Shown here: positions 28,082 through 38,463 of the stretch, piece after piece
How the letters are laid out: every line of letters begins with the position of its first letter
Position numbering within the stretch: the first letter of the stretch is position 1
Source: an uncultured Allomuricauda sp.
GTDB lineage: Bacteria > Bacteroidota > Bacteroidia > Flavobacteriales > Flavobacteriaceae
Direction: 5' to 3'
Assembly (NCBI GenBank): GCA_937884665.1
Contig: CAKZYF010000143.1
Span: forward strand, 37,779-101,778
Length of the DNA stretch: 64,000 nt
The notes under the pieces: generated by a model
Told to the model about the DNA's origin: nothing
The model's input: the letters and a program-made list of their open reading frames with translations, nothing else
Databases searched by the model: none
Program-made: the position numbers and the translations under genes

Positions 28082-28642
28082 ATGAAAATATACACAAAGA
28101 CGGGAGATAAAGGAAGTACATCCCTGTTTACTGGGACCCGGGTGCCCAAGTACCATATGCGTATTGAAAGTTATGGTTCCATTGATGAACTCAACTCCGT
28201 TCTGGGTCTGGTACGAGATCAAAAAATAGATACCCATGCCAAGGAAAGCTTGATTCAAATTCAGGACAAATTGTTTACCGTTGGGGCTATACTGGCCACA
28301 GAGCCCAAAAAAGACAATAAACTCAAGATTCCCCGAATAGACGAGGAAGACATTACGTTCTTAGAAAATGAAATGGATAGGATGAACGAAGAACTTCCAC
28401 CAATGACCCATTTTATACTTCCGGGCGGGCACACCACCGTGTCATACTGTCATATAGCACGTACCACTTGTAGGCGAGCCGAACGTATGATATCCTATTT
28501 GAACGAAAAAGAACCCGTTCCAGAGCGTGTCATCGCATACATTAATAGACTTTCCGACTACCTTTTTGTATTGGCACGAATGTTGTCCAAGCAATTACAG
28601 GTGCAAGAGGTAAAGTGGATTCCCAAAAAATTGGACGAATAA
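28082..28642 (+). CDS. ATP:cob(I)alamin adenosyltransferase, PduO type
   Basis: MKIYTKTGDKGSTSL, YGSIDELNS, FILPGG, ARTTCRRAER and YINRLSDYLFVLAR. Confidence 0.95.
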   Translation: MKIYTKTGDKGSTSLFTGTRVPKYHMRIESYGSIDELNSVLGLVRDQKIDTHAKESLIQIQDKLFTVGAILATEPKKDNKLKIPRIDEEDITFLENEMDRMNEELPPMTHFILPGGHTTVSYCHIARTTCRRAERMISYLNEKEPVPERVIAYINRLSDYLFVLARMLSKQLQVQEVKWIPKKLDE

Positions 28643-28707
28643 AAATTCATTTTTTGCGTTACTGAATTAGCAAAGCCGAAATAATTTTTAAATAATGGCG
28701 ATTTTAC

Positions 28708-28737
28708 TTGACTAATTGGCTTTAAAAATTATTTTTG
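28708..28737 (+). promoter_or_regulatory. Canonical Bacteroidota promoter TTG-N19-TATTTTTG for DUF2795 gene
   Basis: TTG at 28708-28710, a 19-nt spacer, and TAnnTTTG at 28730-28737. Confidence 0.65.
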
Positions 28738-28764
28738 CAAAAATTTTAAAATCATACCGTTACT

Positions 28765-28989
28765 ATGTACTGGACATTAGAACTAGCCTCATATTTAAGT
28801 GATGCGCCCTGGCCAGCCACCAAAGACGAACTTATAGATTATGCAATTAGAACCGGAGCTCCTTTGGAAGTAGTGGAAAATCTTCAATCCATGGAAGAAG
28901 AAGGAGGTGAAGTCTATGAATCCATAGAGGAAATCTGGCCCGATTATCCAACCGAGGAAGATTATCTATGGAATGAGGACGAGTACTGA
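28765..28989 (+). CDS. DUF2795 domain-containing protein
   Basis: MYWTLELASYLSDAPWPATKDELIDYAIRTGAPLEVVENL with an acidic C-terminus. Confidence 0.9.
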   Translation: MYWTLELASYLSDAPWPATKDELIDYAIRTGAPLEVVENLQSMEEEGGEVYESIEEIWPDYPTEEDYLWNEDEY

Positions 28990-29012
28990 TTCCATAATCA
29001 CAAACACATCTG

Positions 29013-29038
29013 AAAAGTCTCATCTGAGGCTTTTTTTT
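29013..29038 (+). terminator. Rho-independent terminator after DUF2795 gene
   Basis: aaaagtctc-atct-gaggctttt hairpin running into a T8 tract. Confidence 0.7.
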
Positions 29039-29041
29039 ATG

Positions 29042-29049
29042 TAATTTTG
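29042..29049 (+). promoter_or_regulatory. -7 element (TAATTTTG) for secA
   Basis: Exact TAnnTTTG just after the upstream terminator. Confidence 0.5.
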
Positions 29050-29122
29050 ACACCCTTGCAATAACGTTTCCAGCAACTTTTGACAATGGAACGGCTTTTG
29101 CGAACCAAAAGAAAAATACTTC

Positions 29123-32100
29123 ATGAGTCTTATCAATTCCGTACTAAAGGTTTTCGTCGGGGACAAATCAGAGAAAGACGTCAAAGCCCTTCAACCTTTG
29201 GTTAAAGAAATAAAATCCTTTGAACAGCAGTTGGAATCGATGTCTTCGGATGAGCTTAGACAAAAAACCGCGACATTCAAATCCACAATACAAGAAGAAC
29301 GCAAAGAAATCGATGACAAAATCGATGTACTGAAAGAAGAAGTTCAGCATTCCACAGATATCGACCGAAACGAAGAAATCTATACCGAAATAGACCAACT
29401 GGAGGAGGAAGCTTACAAAATATCCGAAAAGACCTTAAATACCATTTTGCCCGAAGCATTTGCGGTGGTAAAAGAAACCGCAAAGCGTTTTGCACACAAC
29501 ACGACTTTGCAAGTCAAGGCCACTGAATTTGATCGTTGGCTTTCAGGAACCAAAGATTATGTAACCTTGGACGGGGACCACGCCATTTGGAAAAATTCTT
29601 GGGATGCGGCTGGCAAGGAAGTAACCTGGGACATGGTTCATTATGATGTCCAACTGATAGGAGGTATTGCCCTGCACCAAGGGAAAATTGCTGAAATGCA
29701 GACCGGTGAAGGAAAAACCCTTGTAGCTACCTTACCACTTTATTTGAACGCATTGGCCGGGAAAGGTGCCCATCTGGTAACCGTAAACGATTATCTTGCC
29801 AAAAGGGACAGCGCTTGGATGGGTCCGATTTTTGAATTCCACGGTCTTTCCGTGGATTGCATTGACAAACACCAACCCAATTCCGAAGGTAGAAGAGCGG
29901 CCTATAATGCGGACATAACGTATGGTACCAATAATGAGTTTGGCTTCGATTATTTGCGGGACAATATGGCCCACGCCCCCAACGACCTGGTCCAAAAACC
30001 ACATCATTATGCCATTGTCGATGAAGTAGATTCCGTTTTGATCGATGATGCCCGTACACCGCTAATTATCTCAGGGCCCGTACCTGAAGGGGACCGTCAC
30101 GAGTTCAATGAATTGAAGCCCAAGGTTTCAGATATTGTTCAAAAACAACGGCAGCACCTTACCGGTGTTTTGGCAGAAGCTAAAAAGCTCATCAAAGATG
30201 GCGACGCTAAAGAAGGAGGTTTCTTACTGCTCCGTGTATATCGGGGATTGCCCAAAAACAAGGCACTCATCAAGTTTTTAAGTGAAGAAGGTGTAAAACA
30301 ACTACTTCAAAAAACGGAGAACTTCTATATGCAGGACAATAATCGGGAAATGCCCAAAGTAGATGCCGATTTGTTGTTCACCATTGATGAGAAAAACAAC
30401 CAAATTGAGTTGACCGACAAAGGAGTTGATTACATCTCTGGAGAAGAGAACAAAGATTTCTTTGTGATGCCCGATATTGGCGGGGAGATTGCCAAAATTG
30501 AAGAGCAGAACCTCGAAATTGAAAAGGAAGCAGAGCTAAAGGAAGCGCTTTTTAAGGATTTCGCTGTAAAAAGTGAACGCATCCACACCATGACCCAGCT
30601 GTTAAAAGCGTATACTCTTTTTGAAAAAGATGTAGAATATGTGGTCATGGACAACAAGGTGATGATCGTAGATGAACAGACCGGTCGTATCATGGATGGA
30701 AGAAGGTATTCTGACGGCCTTCACCAAGCCATTGAAGCCAAGGAAAATGTGAAGATAGAGGCCATGACCCAAACCTTTGCTACCGTAACACTCCAGAATT
30801 ACTTTCGGATGTACAAAAAACTGGCGGGTATGACCGGAACTGCGGTTACAGAAGCAGGCGAGTTTTGGGAAATCTATAAATTGGATGTGATGGAAATCCC
30901 TACCAATCGACCCATTGCCAGAGATGACCGAAACGACTTGATTTACAAGACGAAACGGGAAAAATACAATGCGATTATAGAAGAGGTGACCGAGCTATCC
31001 AAGGCAGGTAGGCCCGTGCTTATCGGTACCACCTCAGTTGAAATTTCAGAATTACTGTCCAAACTCTTGAGCGTTCGTAAAATTCCACATAATGTTTTGA
31101 ACGCAAAATTGCACAAAAAGGAAGCAGATATTGTTGCCGAAGCGGGCAATCCCGGTGTGGTGACCATTGCCACAAACATGGCCGGAAGGGGTACGGATAT
31201 TAAGTTGATTGATGAAGTAAAAGAAGCTGGGGGATTGGCCATTGTGGGTACGGAGCGCCATGACTCGCGACGTGTGGATAGACAGCTTAGAGGTCGTTCA
31301 GGTCGTCAAGGAGATGTGGGAAGCTCACAGTTCAACGTTTCGCTGGAGGATAATCTAATGCGTATGTTCGGCTCGGACCGTGTAGCTAAAATGATGGACC
31401 GTATGGGTTTGGAAGAAGGAGAGGTCATCCAGCATTCCATGATGACCAAATCCATTGAAAGGGCCCAAAAGAAAGTTGAGGAAAACAATTTTGGTATCCG
31501 TAAACGGCTTCTCGAATATGATGATGTCATGAATGCCCAGCGCGAGGTGGTTTACAAACGAAGACGCCATGCGCTCCAGGGCGAACGCTTGAAAGTGGAT
31601 ATCGCAAACATGATTTATGACACATCGGAGGTAATTGCCGAAACAAATAAACTTGCTGAGGATTTCAAGAATTTTGAATTCGAGCTGATAAAGTATTTTT
31701 CCATAACCTCTCCAGTCAGTGAAGAAGAATTCAACAGACTTGGTTTTCAGGAAATTGCCAATCAGGTATATCAAGCGGCTTATGATTTCTACCGAGAGAA
31801 AATGGAGCGCAGCGCCGATGTGGCATTTCGGGTCATCAAAAGGGTCTATGAGGACCAGACCAACAAATTTGAGCGCATTGTTGTGCCCTTTACAGATGGT
31901 ATAAAAACGTTGAATGTTGTAACCAACCTGGAAAAAGCGTACCAGAGCGAAGGAAAACAATTGGTTACCGATTTTGAGAAAAACATCACCCTGGCCATCA
32001 TCGATGATTCTTGGAAGACCCATCTCAGGAAAATGGATGAATTGAAGCAATCCGTTCAATTGGCCGTGCATGAACAGAAGGACCCCCTATTGATTTATAA

Positions 32101-32485
32101 GTTTGAAGCTTTTGAGCTTTTCAAGGAAATGATCGACAAAGTGAACAAGGAAGTGATTTCATTCCTGTTCAAGGGAGAACTACCTTCAGAAAACACCAAT
32201 CAAATCCAAGAGGCGAGAAGCATACGTAGACCCAAAGAGAAATTAAGAACGACCAAGGAAGAAATTCCAAACAGCGATGAACTGGCCGCCCAAAACCGTG
32301 CTGCTGGTCAAACCCAGGGACGAAAACCACAGGTTACGGAAACCATAGTTAGGGAAAAACCGAAGATCGGAAGAAATGAAAGGGTGACCATTAAGAACAT
32401 CATGTCAGGGGAAAGCAAAACCGTAAAATACAAACAGGCCGAGCCCCTTATCGATAAAGGAGAGTGGGTATTGATGGAAGATTGA
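29123..32485 (+). CDS. secA: Preprotein translocase subunit SecA (long Bacteroidota type)
   Basis: MQTGEGKTL, VTVNDYLA, YGTNNEFGFDYLRDN, DEVDS and ATNMAGRGTDI. C-terminus KIGRNERV lacks the Cys-based SEC-C motif. Confidence 0.98.
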   Translation: MSLINSVLKVFVGDKSEKDVKALQPLVKEIKSFEQQLESMSSDELRQKTATFKSTIQEERKEIDDKIDVLKEEVQHSTDIDRNEEIYTEIDQLEEEAYKISEKTLNTILPEAFAVVKETAKRFAHNTTLQVKATEFDRWLSGTKDYVTLDGDHAIWKNSWDAAGKEVTWDMVHYDVQLIGGIALHQGKIAEMQTGEGKTLVATLPLYLNALAGKGAHLVTVNDYLAKRDSAWMGPIFEFHGLSVDCIDKHQPNSEGRRAAYNADITYGTNNEFGFDYLRDNMAHAPNDLVQKPHHYAIVDEVDSVLIDDARTPLIISGPVPEGDRHEFNELKPKVSDIVQKQRQHLTGVLAEAKKLIKDGDAKEGGFLLLRVYRGLPKNKALIKFLSEEGVKQLLQKTENFYMQDNNREMPKVDADLLFTIDEKNNQIELTDKGVDYISGEENKDFFVMPDIGGEIAKIEEQNLEIEKEAELKEALFKDFAVKSERIHTMTQLLKAYTLFEKDVEYVVMDNKVMIVDEQTGRIMDGRRYSDGLHQAIEAKENVKIEAMTQTFATVTLQNYFRMYKKLAGMTGTAVTEAGEFWEIYKLDVMEIPTNRPIARDDRNDLIYKTKREKYNAIIEEVTELSKAGRPVLIGTTSVEISELLSKLLSVRKIPHNVLNAKLHKKEADIVAEAGNPGVVTIATNMAGRGTDIKLIDEVKEAGGLAIVGTERHDSRRVDRQLRGRSGRQGDVGSSQFNVSLEDNLMRMFGSDRVAKMMDRMGLEEGEVIQHSMMTKSIERAQKKVEENNFGIRKRLLEYDDVMNAQREVVYKRRRHALQGERLKVDIANMIYDTSEVIAETNKLAEDFKNFEFELIKYFSITSPVSEEEFNRLGFQEIANQVYQAAYDFYREKMERSADVAFRVIKRVYEDQTNKFERIVVPFTDGIKTLNVVTNLEKAYQSEGKQLVTDFEKNITLAIIDDSWKTHLRKMDELKQSVQLAVHEQKDPLLIYKFEAFELFKEMIDKVNKEVISFLFKGELPSENTNQIQEARSIRRPKEKLRTTKEEIPNSDELAAQNRAAGQTQGRKPQVTETIVREKPKIGRNERVTIKNIMSGESKTVKYKQAEPLIDKGEWVLMED

Positions 32486-32505
32486 ATCGTGCCCGACAAA
32501 TAATT

Positions 32506-32536
32506 AAACGATGGTCAAGAATGGCCGTCGTTTTTT
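32506..32536 (+). terminator. Rho-independent terminator after secA
   Basis: aaacgatggtc-aagaat-ggccgtcgttt hairpin (with G-U pairs) followed by a T6 tract. Confidence 0.7.
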
Positions 32537-32649
32537 GATTATACGGAAAACATGGTTAGATTTACCGTTATAATACCCCATATAATTAACCTATTTAACA
32601 GCATTCAACCTCCTTTTCTAAGTGCCAGGTGAAGAATTAATCGCAGCGT

Positions 32650-33870
32650 ATGAAAGTTCCGAATAGGGATAGACAACTCTTTTTACAAGACAAGATTGAT
32701 TTGGTACTAAAGGTTAACTATAGTTCTTCTGTGTTTGCGATTATATTTGGGGTGGCGTGTCTCCTCTTTTTGGATATCAAAGGGGTCATTCCCTATACTT
32801 TTTTTGGATATGCGTTCTTAAATCTTTCGAATACCTTTTTATTTTTCAAGCACAGAAACCTGACCCTCACTTATAATATTACTTCGATTCTTTCGATGAC
32901 CGGTGCTATTTTGGTAACCCTTTTTAGTGGGGGTATACGAAGTCCGTTCATCTTTATCTTGGCCATCGTTGTATTTGCTGCTTATGTGACCACCATGGTG
33001 TATGGGCAAATCTACTTGATTTTTAACCTTGTTGTTATTGCCCTTTTGTTCTTGTACGACCTAGGGGATTTCAGAATTTCGGAAAATACGGTTCCTGAAG
33101 CTTCCAAAAGTTGGTTCGCCTTTTTGAGCACTATTTTCGCCGTCTACCTTCTAGGTGGTGTTTTTGGGAAGAACTTGCTCCGGGCGCACAACCGGCTTTA
33201 CAATTCAAGAAATGAAATACAAGAAAGAATAAAGGAAAAGGAAACGTTATTGAAAGAAGTCCATCATAGGGTCAAAAACAATTTGCAGACCGTATCCAGT
33301 TTACTCAGTCTGCAATCCAGGGCCATAGCGGATGAAAAAATCGGAACAATTATAAAAAGTAGTCAAAATCGAGTGGTCTCCATGGCGATGGTACACGAAA
33401 TGTTGTACAAACGAGATGATTATCTGTCAAAAATTGAATTGAAACCCTATGTTCAGGAATTGTGCGAGTATCTGGTCCGTTCGGTGAAAGGAAATACAAA
33501 TAATGTAAAGCTCAATTTGGAAATAGATGATAACAAGCTCAGTATTGATACGGTAATCCCATTGGGGCTTATCATCAACGAGACCATCACCAACGCCCTG
33601 AAATATGGCATAAAAGAAGACCAACCAGGGGAACTCACCATCGCTTTGCAAAAAGTATCGGACAATCGCTATGTGATGCACATTGGAGATAACGGAATTG
33701 GATATTCAGATGAAATCAATCCGAAAACCTCGAAGTCCCTAGGGTTAAAGCTCATTTATAATTTGGCCCGTCAACTAAGGGGATCTATAAGCCGTGAAAC
33801 CAATAAAAAGGGAACACATTACCGCATGGAATTCCAGGAAATCGTGGAAGATTTTAATGCTATTGAATAG
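32650..33870 (+). CDS. Membrane sensor histidine kinase, HisKA_2/HWE-like type
   Basis: About 6 N-terminal TM helices, H-box EVHHRVKNNLQ, N-box NETITNALKYG, DNGIG and SLGLKL. Confidence 0.92.
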   Translation: MKVPNRDRQLFLQDKIDLVLKVNYSSSVFAIIFGVACLLFLDIKGVIPYTFFGYAFLNLSNTFLFFKHRNLTLTYNITSILSMTGAILVTLFSGGIRSPFIFILAIVVFAAYVTTMVYGQIYLIFNLVVIALLFLYDLGDFRISENTVPEASKSWFAFLSTIFAVYLLGGVFGKNLLRAHNRLYNSRNEIQERIKEKETLLKEVHHRVKNNLQTVSSLLSLQSRAIADEKIGTIIKSSQNRVVSMAMVHEMLYKRDDYLSKIELKPYVQELCEYLVRSVKGNTNNVKLNLEIDDNKLSIDTVIPLGLIINETITNALKYGIKEDQPGELTIALQKVSDNRYVMHIGDNGIGYSDEINPKTSKSLGLKLIYNLARQLRGSISRETNKKGTHYRMEFQEIVEDFNAIE

Positions 33871-33913
33871 AATAGCTTTTCCTATCTTTAAGAGCTAAAC
33901 CAATCTCTTACAA

Positions 33914-36427
33914 ATGATTAAAAAATTACTAGTTGGGATGCTCTTCATAAGCAGCTCCTTATCAGCACAAGATTATTTTTTAAAAAAATTCCATCCATTC
34001 GATTCCAACATTAAATCCCCGGAGGAATTCCTAGGGTACGCTATTGGGGAAAGACATACCCGACACGATTTAATGGTATCCTACATGAACTATCTCGCTG
34101 AATCATCAGATCGGACTTCACTTTATGAATATGGCCGTAGCCATGAAGATAGAAAACTGCTCATTCTAACGATTACCTCGCCGGAGAACTTAAAAAATCT
34201 GGATCAACTTAAACAAAAGCATCTGGAGTATACCGACCCGACAAAATCTCCTTCGGACTATGATGGTTTGCCCGCTTTTATCAATCTAGGATACAATGTT
34301 CACGGTAACGAACCCTCAACAGGAGAATCAGCTTTACTGACTGCCTATACGCTGGCCGCGTCCAACCATCCCGAAATTTTAAATTATCTGGACAAGGGCA
34401 TCATCTTCTTGGACCCTACACTAAATCCTGATGGCAGAGACCGACACACCCAATGGGCCAACATGTACCAAGGAAATCCTTTAGTGGCCGATCCCCAAGA
34501 CGCCGAACATAATGAATACTGGCCCGGTGGTAGAACCAACCATTATTGGTTTGATTTGAACAGAGACTGGCTTTTGGGGATTCATCCGGAGAGTCGGGGT
34601 AAATTGAATTGGTACCATGAATGGTATCCCAATGTGGTGACCGATTTTCATGAAATGGGGTCTCAAAGCACCTATTTCTTTGAACCGATGAAAGACAATG
34701 CTTCGCTTGACCCTATAATGCCTAAAGAAAATTACGTAGACTTGAATAATCTCTTTGGGGACTATTTCGCAAAAGCTTTGGACAGTATTGGGTCTTTCTA
34801 CTTTACCAAAGAAGTTTTTGACGGCACTTACCCTGGCTACGGCTCCTCATACCCTGACCTTCAAGGAGCACTGGCATTACTTTTTGAACAAGCCAGTTCA
34901 CGAGGTCATAAACAGACCACAGCATTTGGGGAAATTACTTTTCCATTCACCATTAGGAATCAATATGTGAGCAGTATAGCTACCATTAAGGCTGCGGTGG
35001 AAAACAAAGCGACTATGAGAAAATATCTGCAGGATTTTTTCAAAAGTGCGCTTTCCAACGCTTCCCGAAGCAAAATAAAAGGGTATACCTTCGAAAATAC
35101 CTCTGATGCCAATCGAACGAAAGCTTTTATTGACAAACTTCTCCTTCATAGAATAGAGGTTTATAAAAATGGAAACGGTTTTACGGTTCCTACAAGACAA
35201 CCCCAGTACAGAATGGTCCAAACGATGTTTGAGACCTATGAAAAATATCGTGATAGTGTGTATTATGATGCCTCAGCGTGGTCGGTGGCGAATTTTTATA
35301 ATATTGACTATAAAACCACCCCATCCCCAAAACTTGGTGAGAGAGTGACCGACATTACTACCCTTGTCCGTCCATCCAAAGTTTCAAAAACCGATTATGC
35401 CTATATCATAGACTATACTGATTACAATGCCGTAGCGGCCTTAAATCACTTCCAACAAAAAGGTTTGGTGGTATCTTCTGCTTTCAAACCTTTCACGGCA
35501 AAAACGCAGACTGGAAATACCTCGCTTAATTATGGCGCTCTGGTAATTCCCGTTAGCTTACAAAAAAAGAATGCCGATGAAGTCTTCAAGATTATGACGG
35601 AGGCACAGGAGGCCTATCAGGTCCCTATATATGCAGTAAATTCAGGATACAGTTTACAGGGTATTGATTTAGGAAGCCGACAGGTACGCCCTGTAACCAA
35701 ACCCAAAGCGGCGTTGCTTGTTGGTCATGGCGTCCGTTCCTACGAAGCTGGGGAGGTATGGCATTTATTGGATACCCGTGTTCACATGCCCATTACTAAA
35801 ATCCCCATCCGTAATTTCAATCGGGCCAACTTGGACAAGTACAATACTTTGGTCATGGTATCCGGCAACTATAGATTTTCCGAAAAAGACATAGATAAGA
35901 TCCAATCTTGGACCCAAAAAGGAAATACCTTAATTACCATAGGAAGTGCTACAAAATGGGCCATTGAAAAGAAACTGGTCGATGAGAAACTGACCGATTC
36001 CAAAAAAGATTCAACCCAGACCGCAGTGCGAAAACCTTATGTGGATGCCCGGGAATATTTGGGCAAGGAAAGTGTGGGAGGAGCTATTTTTAAAGTAGAT
36101 TTAGATGTGACCCATCCTTTGGCCTTTGGATATAGCGATACCTCGATCCCCGTTTACAAAAACAATTCGGTTTGGTTGGCTCCCAGCAAAAATGAATTTT
36201 CCACAGTGGCCAAATATGCTGCTGATCCGCATATCGATGGTTTTATAACAAAAAAGAATCTTGAGGAAAATCTAAAACCTTCCGCCTCTTTGGTAGTAAG
36301 CAAAATGGGTAGTGGCAGGGTCGTACTTTTTGCGGACAATCCCAATTTTCGGGGATCATGGTACGGGACCAATCGTTTGTTTTTAAATGCCTTGTTCTTG
36401 GGTGATAAAATTGTAATTCCGGAATAA
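33914..36427 (+). CDS. M14 family zinc carboxypeptidase with C-terminal glutamine-amidotransferase-like region
   Basis: Signal peptide, VHGNEPS (HxxE), NPDGRDR, DLNRDW and DFHEMG. Confidence 0.9.
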   Translation: MIKKLLVGMLFISSSLSAQDYFLKKFHPFDSNIKSPEEFLGYAIGERHTRHDLMVSYMNYLAESSDRTSLYEYGRSHEDRKLLILTITSPENLKNLDQLKQKHLEYTDPTKSPSDYDGLPAFINLGYNVHGNEPSTGESALLTAYTLAASNHPEILNYLDKGIIFLDPTLNPDGRDRHTQWANMYQGNPLVADPQDAEHNEYWPGGRTNHYWFDLNRDWLLGIHPESRGKLNWYHEWYPNVVTDFHEMGSQSTYFFEPMKDNASLDPIMPKENYVDLNNLFGDYFAKALDSIGSFYFTKEVFDGTYPGYGSSYPDLQGALALLFEQASSRGHKQTTAFGEITFPFTIRNQYVSSIATIKAAVENKATMRKYLQDFFKSALSNASRSKIKGYTFENTSDANRTKAFIDKLLLHRIEVYKNGNGFTVPTRQPQYRMVQTMFETYEKYRDSVYYDASAWSVANFYNIDYKTTPSPKLGERVTDITTLVRPSKVSKTDYAYIIDYTDYNAVAALNHFQQKGLVVSSAFKPFTAKTQTGNTSLNYGALVIPVSLQKKNADEVFKIMTEAQEAYQVPIYAVNSGYSLQGIDLGSRQVRPVTKPKAALLVGHGVRSYEAGEVWHLLDTRVHMPITKIPIRNFNRANLDKYNTLVMVSGNYRFSEKDIDKIQSWTQKGNTLITIGSATKWAIEKKLVDEKLTDSKKDSTQTAVRKPYVDAREYLGKESVGGAIFKVDLDVTHPLAFGYSDTSIPVYKNNSVWLAPSKNEFSTVAKYAADPHIDGFITKKNLEENLKPSASLVVSKMGSGRVVLFADNPNFRGSWYGTNRLFLNALFLGDKIVIPE

Positions 36428-36436
36428 GCCAGACGT

Positions 36437-38014
36437 ATGAAAAAACTTAGTGTTCTTCTGCTCTCATTCATAGTTCTCCTGTCCTATGGCCAGCAGGATA
36501 TGCGTGAAGGTCCTTTCTCCCAACTTATTATCCGTGGAGTGACCTTGATCAACGGAAATGGGGCGCCACCACGTGGCCCTGTGGACATTGTTGTGGAGAA
36601 AAACAAGATTGTAAATGTCAAGATCGTAGGATATCCAGGAGTTGCCATAGATGCATCAAAACGTCCGAAGCTTAAACCGGGTGGAAAGGAACTGGACTGT
36701 TCCGGTATGTATCTTCTACCAGGTTTTGTGGATATGCATGGACATATTGGTGGTGTTGCTCAGGGTGCAGATTACGATTATGTCTTCAAGCTTTGGATGG
36801 CACACGGGATAACAACCATTCGCGAACCCAGCGGCCGTAGTATTGATTGGACCTTGGACCTAAAACAAAAAAGCGAAAAGAATGAAATCATTGCACCTCG
36901 AATTTTTGCGTATACGGGATTCGGTCAGACAACCAAGGATTTCAACCCACTCAACGATATTCCCATAAGTACGCCGGAGCAAGCGAGAAAGTGGGTTCGG
37001 GCCAATGCCGAGAGAGGGGCTGATGGCATTAAATTTTTTGGGGCACCTCCCAAAATCATGGCCGCGGCCTTGGATGAAAATAAAAAACTAGGACTACGTT
37101 CTGCCTGTCACCACGCTCAAGTGGATGTAGCCCGATGGAATGTTTTGAATTCAGCACGGGCCGGATTGACCAGCATGGAACACTGGTACGGTCTCCCAGA
37201 GGCACTCTTTAACGACCGGACAGTTCAGGACTATCCTTTAGATTACAACTATCAAAACGAACAGCATCGTTTTGAGGAAGCTGGAAAACTTTGGAAACAG
37301 GCCGCAAAACCTTATTCTGAACATTGGAACCGGGTCATGGACGAATTGCTCGAATTAGATTTTACCATAGACCCAACCTTTAACATTTATGAAGCCAGTA
37401 GGGATTTGCATCGGGCCAGAAGGGCCGAATGGCATGAAGATTATGCCCTGCCCACTGTATGGGCCTTCTTTCAGCCAAGTAAAATATCCCATGGTTCGTA
37501 TTGGCACGATTGGGGCACGGAACAAGAAGTGGCCTGGCGGAAAAACTATCAATTGTGGATGACGTTCGTGAACGAATACAAAAACAGAGGTGGTAGGGTC
37601 ACTACGGGGTCGGATTCCGGTTTCATCTTTCAATTGTATGGTTTTGCATACATCCGGGAAATGGAGTTATTACGGGAAGCTGGCTTTCATCCTTTGGAAA
37701 TTATCCGCTCAGCTACCCTGAATGGAGCAGAGGCACTTGGAGTTCCAGATAAAATCGGCACGATTGAAATAGGAAAAATGGCCGATTTTGTCATCGTGGA
37801 AGAAAATCCACTAAAAAATCTGAAGGTATTGTACGGTACAGGCGCTATCCGATTGACGGACAACAACGAAGTGGTTCGCGTGGGCGGAGTAAAATACACC
37901 GTCAAAGACGGAATTATTTTTGACGCGAAGGCACTTTTACGCGACGTAAAATCGATGGTACAAGCAGAAAAACAAAAACTGAACTACAAAATAAAACAGC
38001 CAGGAACGGAATAA
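36437..38014 (+). CDS. Metal-dependent amidohydrolase family protein, secreted
   Basis: LLPGFVDMHGH (HxH), GSDSG, ATLNGAEALG and GTIEIGKMADFVIV. Confidence 0.9.
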   Translation: MKKLSVLLLSFIVLLSYGQQDMREGPFSQLIIRGVTLINGNGAPPRGPVDIVVEKNKIVNVKIVGYPGVAIDASKRPKLKPGGKELDCSGMYLLPGFVDMHGHIGGVAQGADYDYVFKLWMAHGITTIREPSGRSIDWTLDLKQKSEKNEIIAPRIFAYTGFGQTTKDFNPLNDIPISTPEQARKWVRANAERGADGIKFFGAPPKIMAAALDENKKLGLRSACHHAQVDVARWNVLNSARAGLTSMEHWYGLPEALFNDRTVQDYPLDYNYQNEQHRFEEAGKLWKQAAKPYSEHWNRVMDELLELDFTIDPTFNIYEASRDLHRARRAEWHEDYALPTVWAFFQPSKISHGSYWHDWGTEQEVAWRKNYQLWMTFVNEYKNRGGRVTTGSDSGFIFQLYGFAYIREMELLREAGFHPLEIIRSATLNGAEALGVPDKIGTIEIGKMADFVIVEENPLKNLKVLYGTGAIRLTDNNEVVRVGGVKYTVKDGIIFDAKALLRDVKSMVQAEKQKLNYKIKQPGTE

Positions 38015-38045
38015 TTAACATCTGCGTTTGGTTTGGGGAAGGAAG

Positions 38046-38282
38046 TTAAGCTAATTTAGAACGGTTTCTTTTTGTTCTAAAAGCCAGTTCTTTTTTTATT
38101 CTAGAATTCTTAAATCTGTAAAGTCTTGCAACCTCAACTTCTTTTTCAGTTTGTTCGTTGATTTCTACTTCAACGGTTATTCCAAAACTGATTGTTTCTA
38201 CCTTGGCCTCTTCAGAAACATTTTGGGCCATAGCTAAAGTGCTGAAGAAAAGTACTGCGATTGTGGTTAAGATTGCTTTCAT
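38046..38282 (-). CDS. Small secreted hypothetical protein (78 aa)
   Basis: Signal peptide MKAILTTIAVLFFSTLAMA-Q and basic C-terminus VARLYRFKNSRIKKELAFRTK. ATG at 38282. Confidence 0.7.
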   Translation of the reverse strand: MKAILTTIAVLFFSTLAMAQNVSEEAKVETISFGITVEVEINEQTEKEVEVARLYRFKNSRIKKELAFRTKRNRSKLA

Positions 38283-38463
38283 GACTTGGGTTTTGTTACA
38301 TGGTAAAAGTACCCTCAAGCCAAGCCCAGTGGGGATTTATCTCGCCCAAGTCCCTCTTTTTTTCGGTGTTGGAAGCTTTTTAAGTTAAAGTGTATTTTAT
38401 CCTCGATGAACGTTTTTTAGGTAGCAAACACGCCATCGAAGGCATGTGCATTTCATCGATGTT

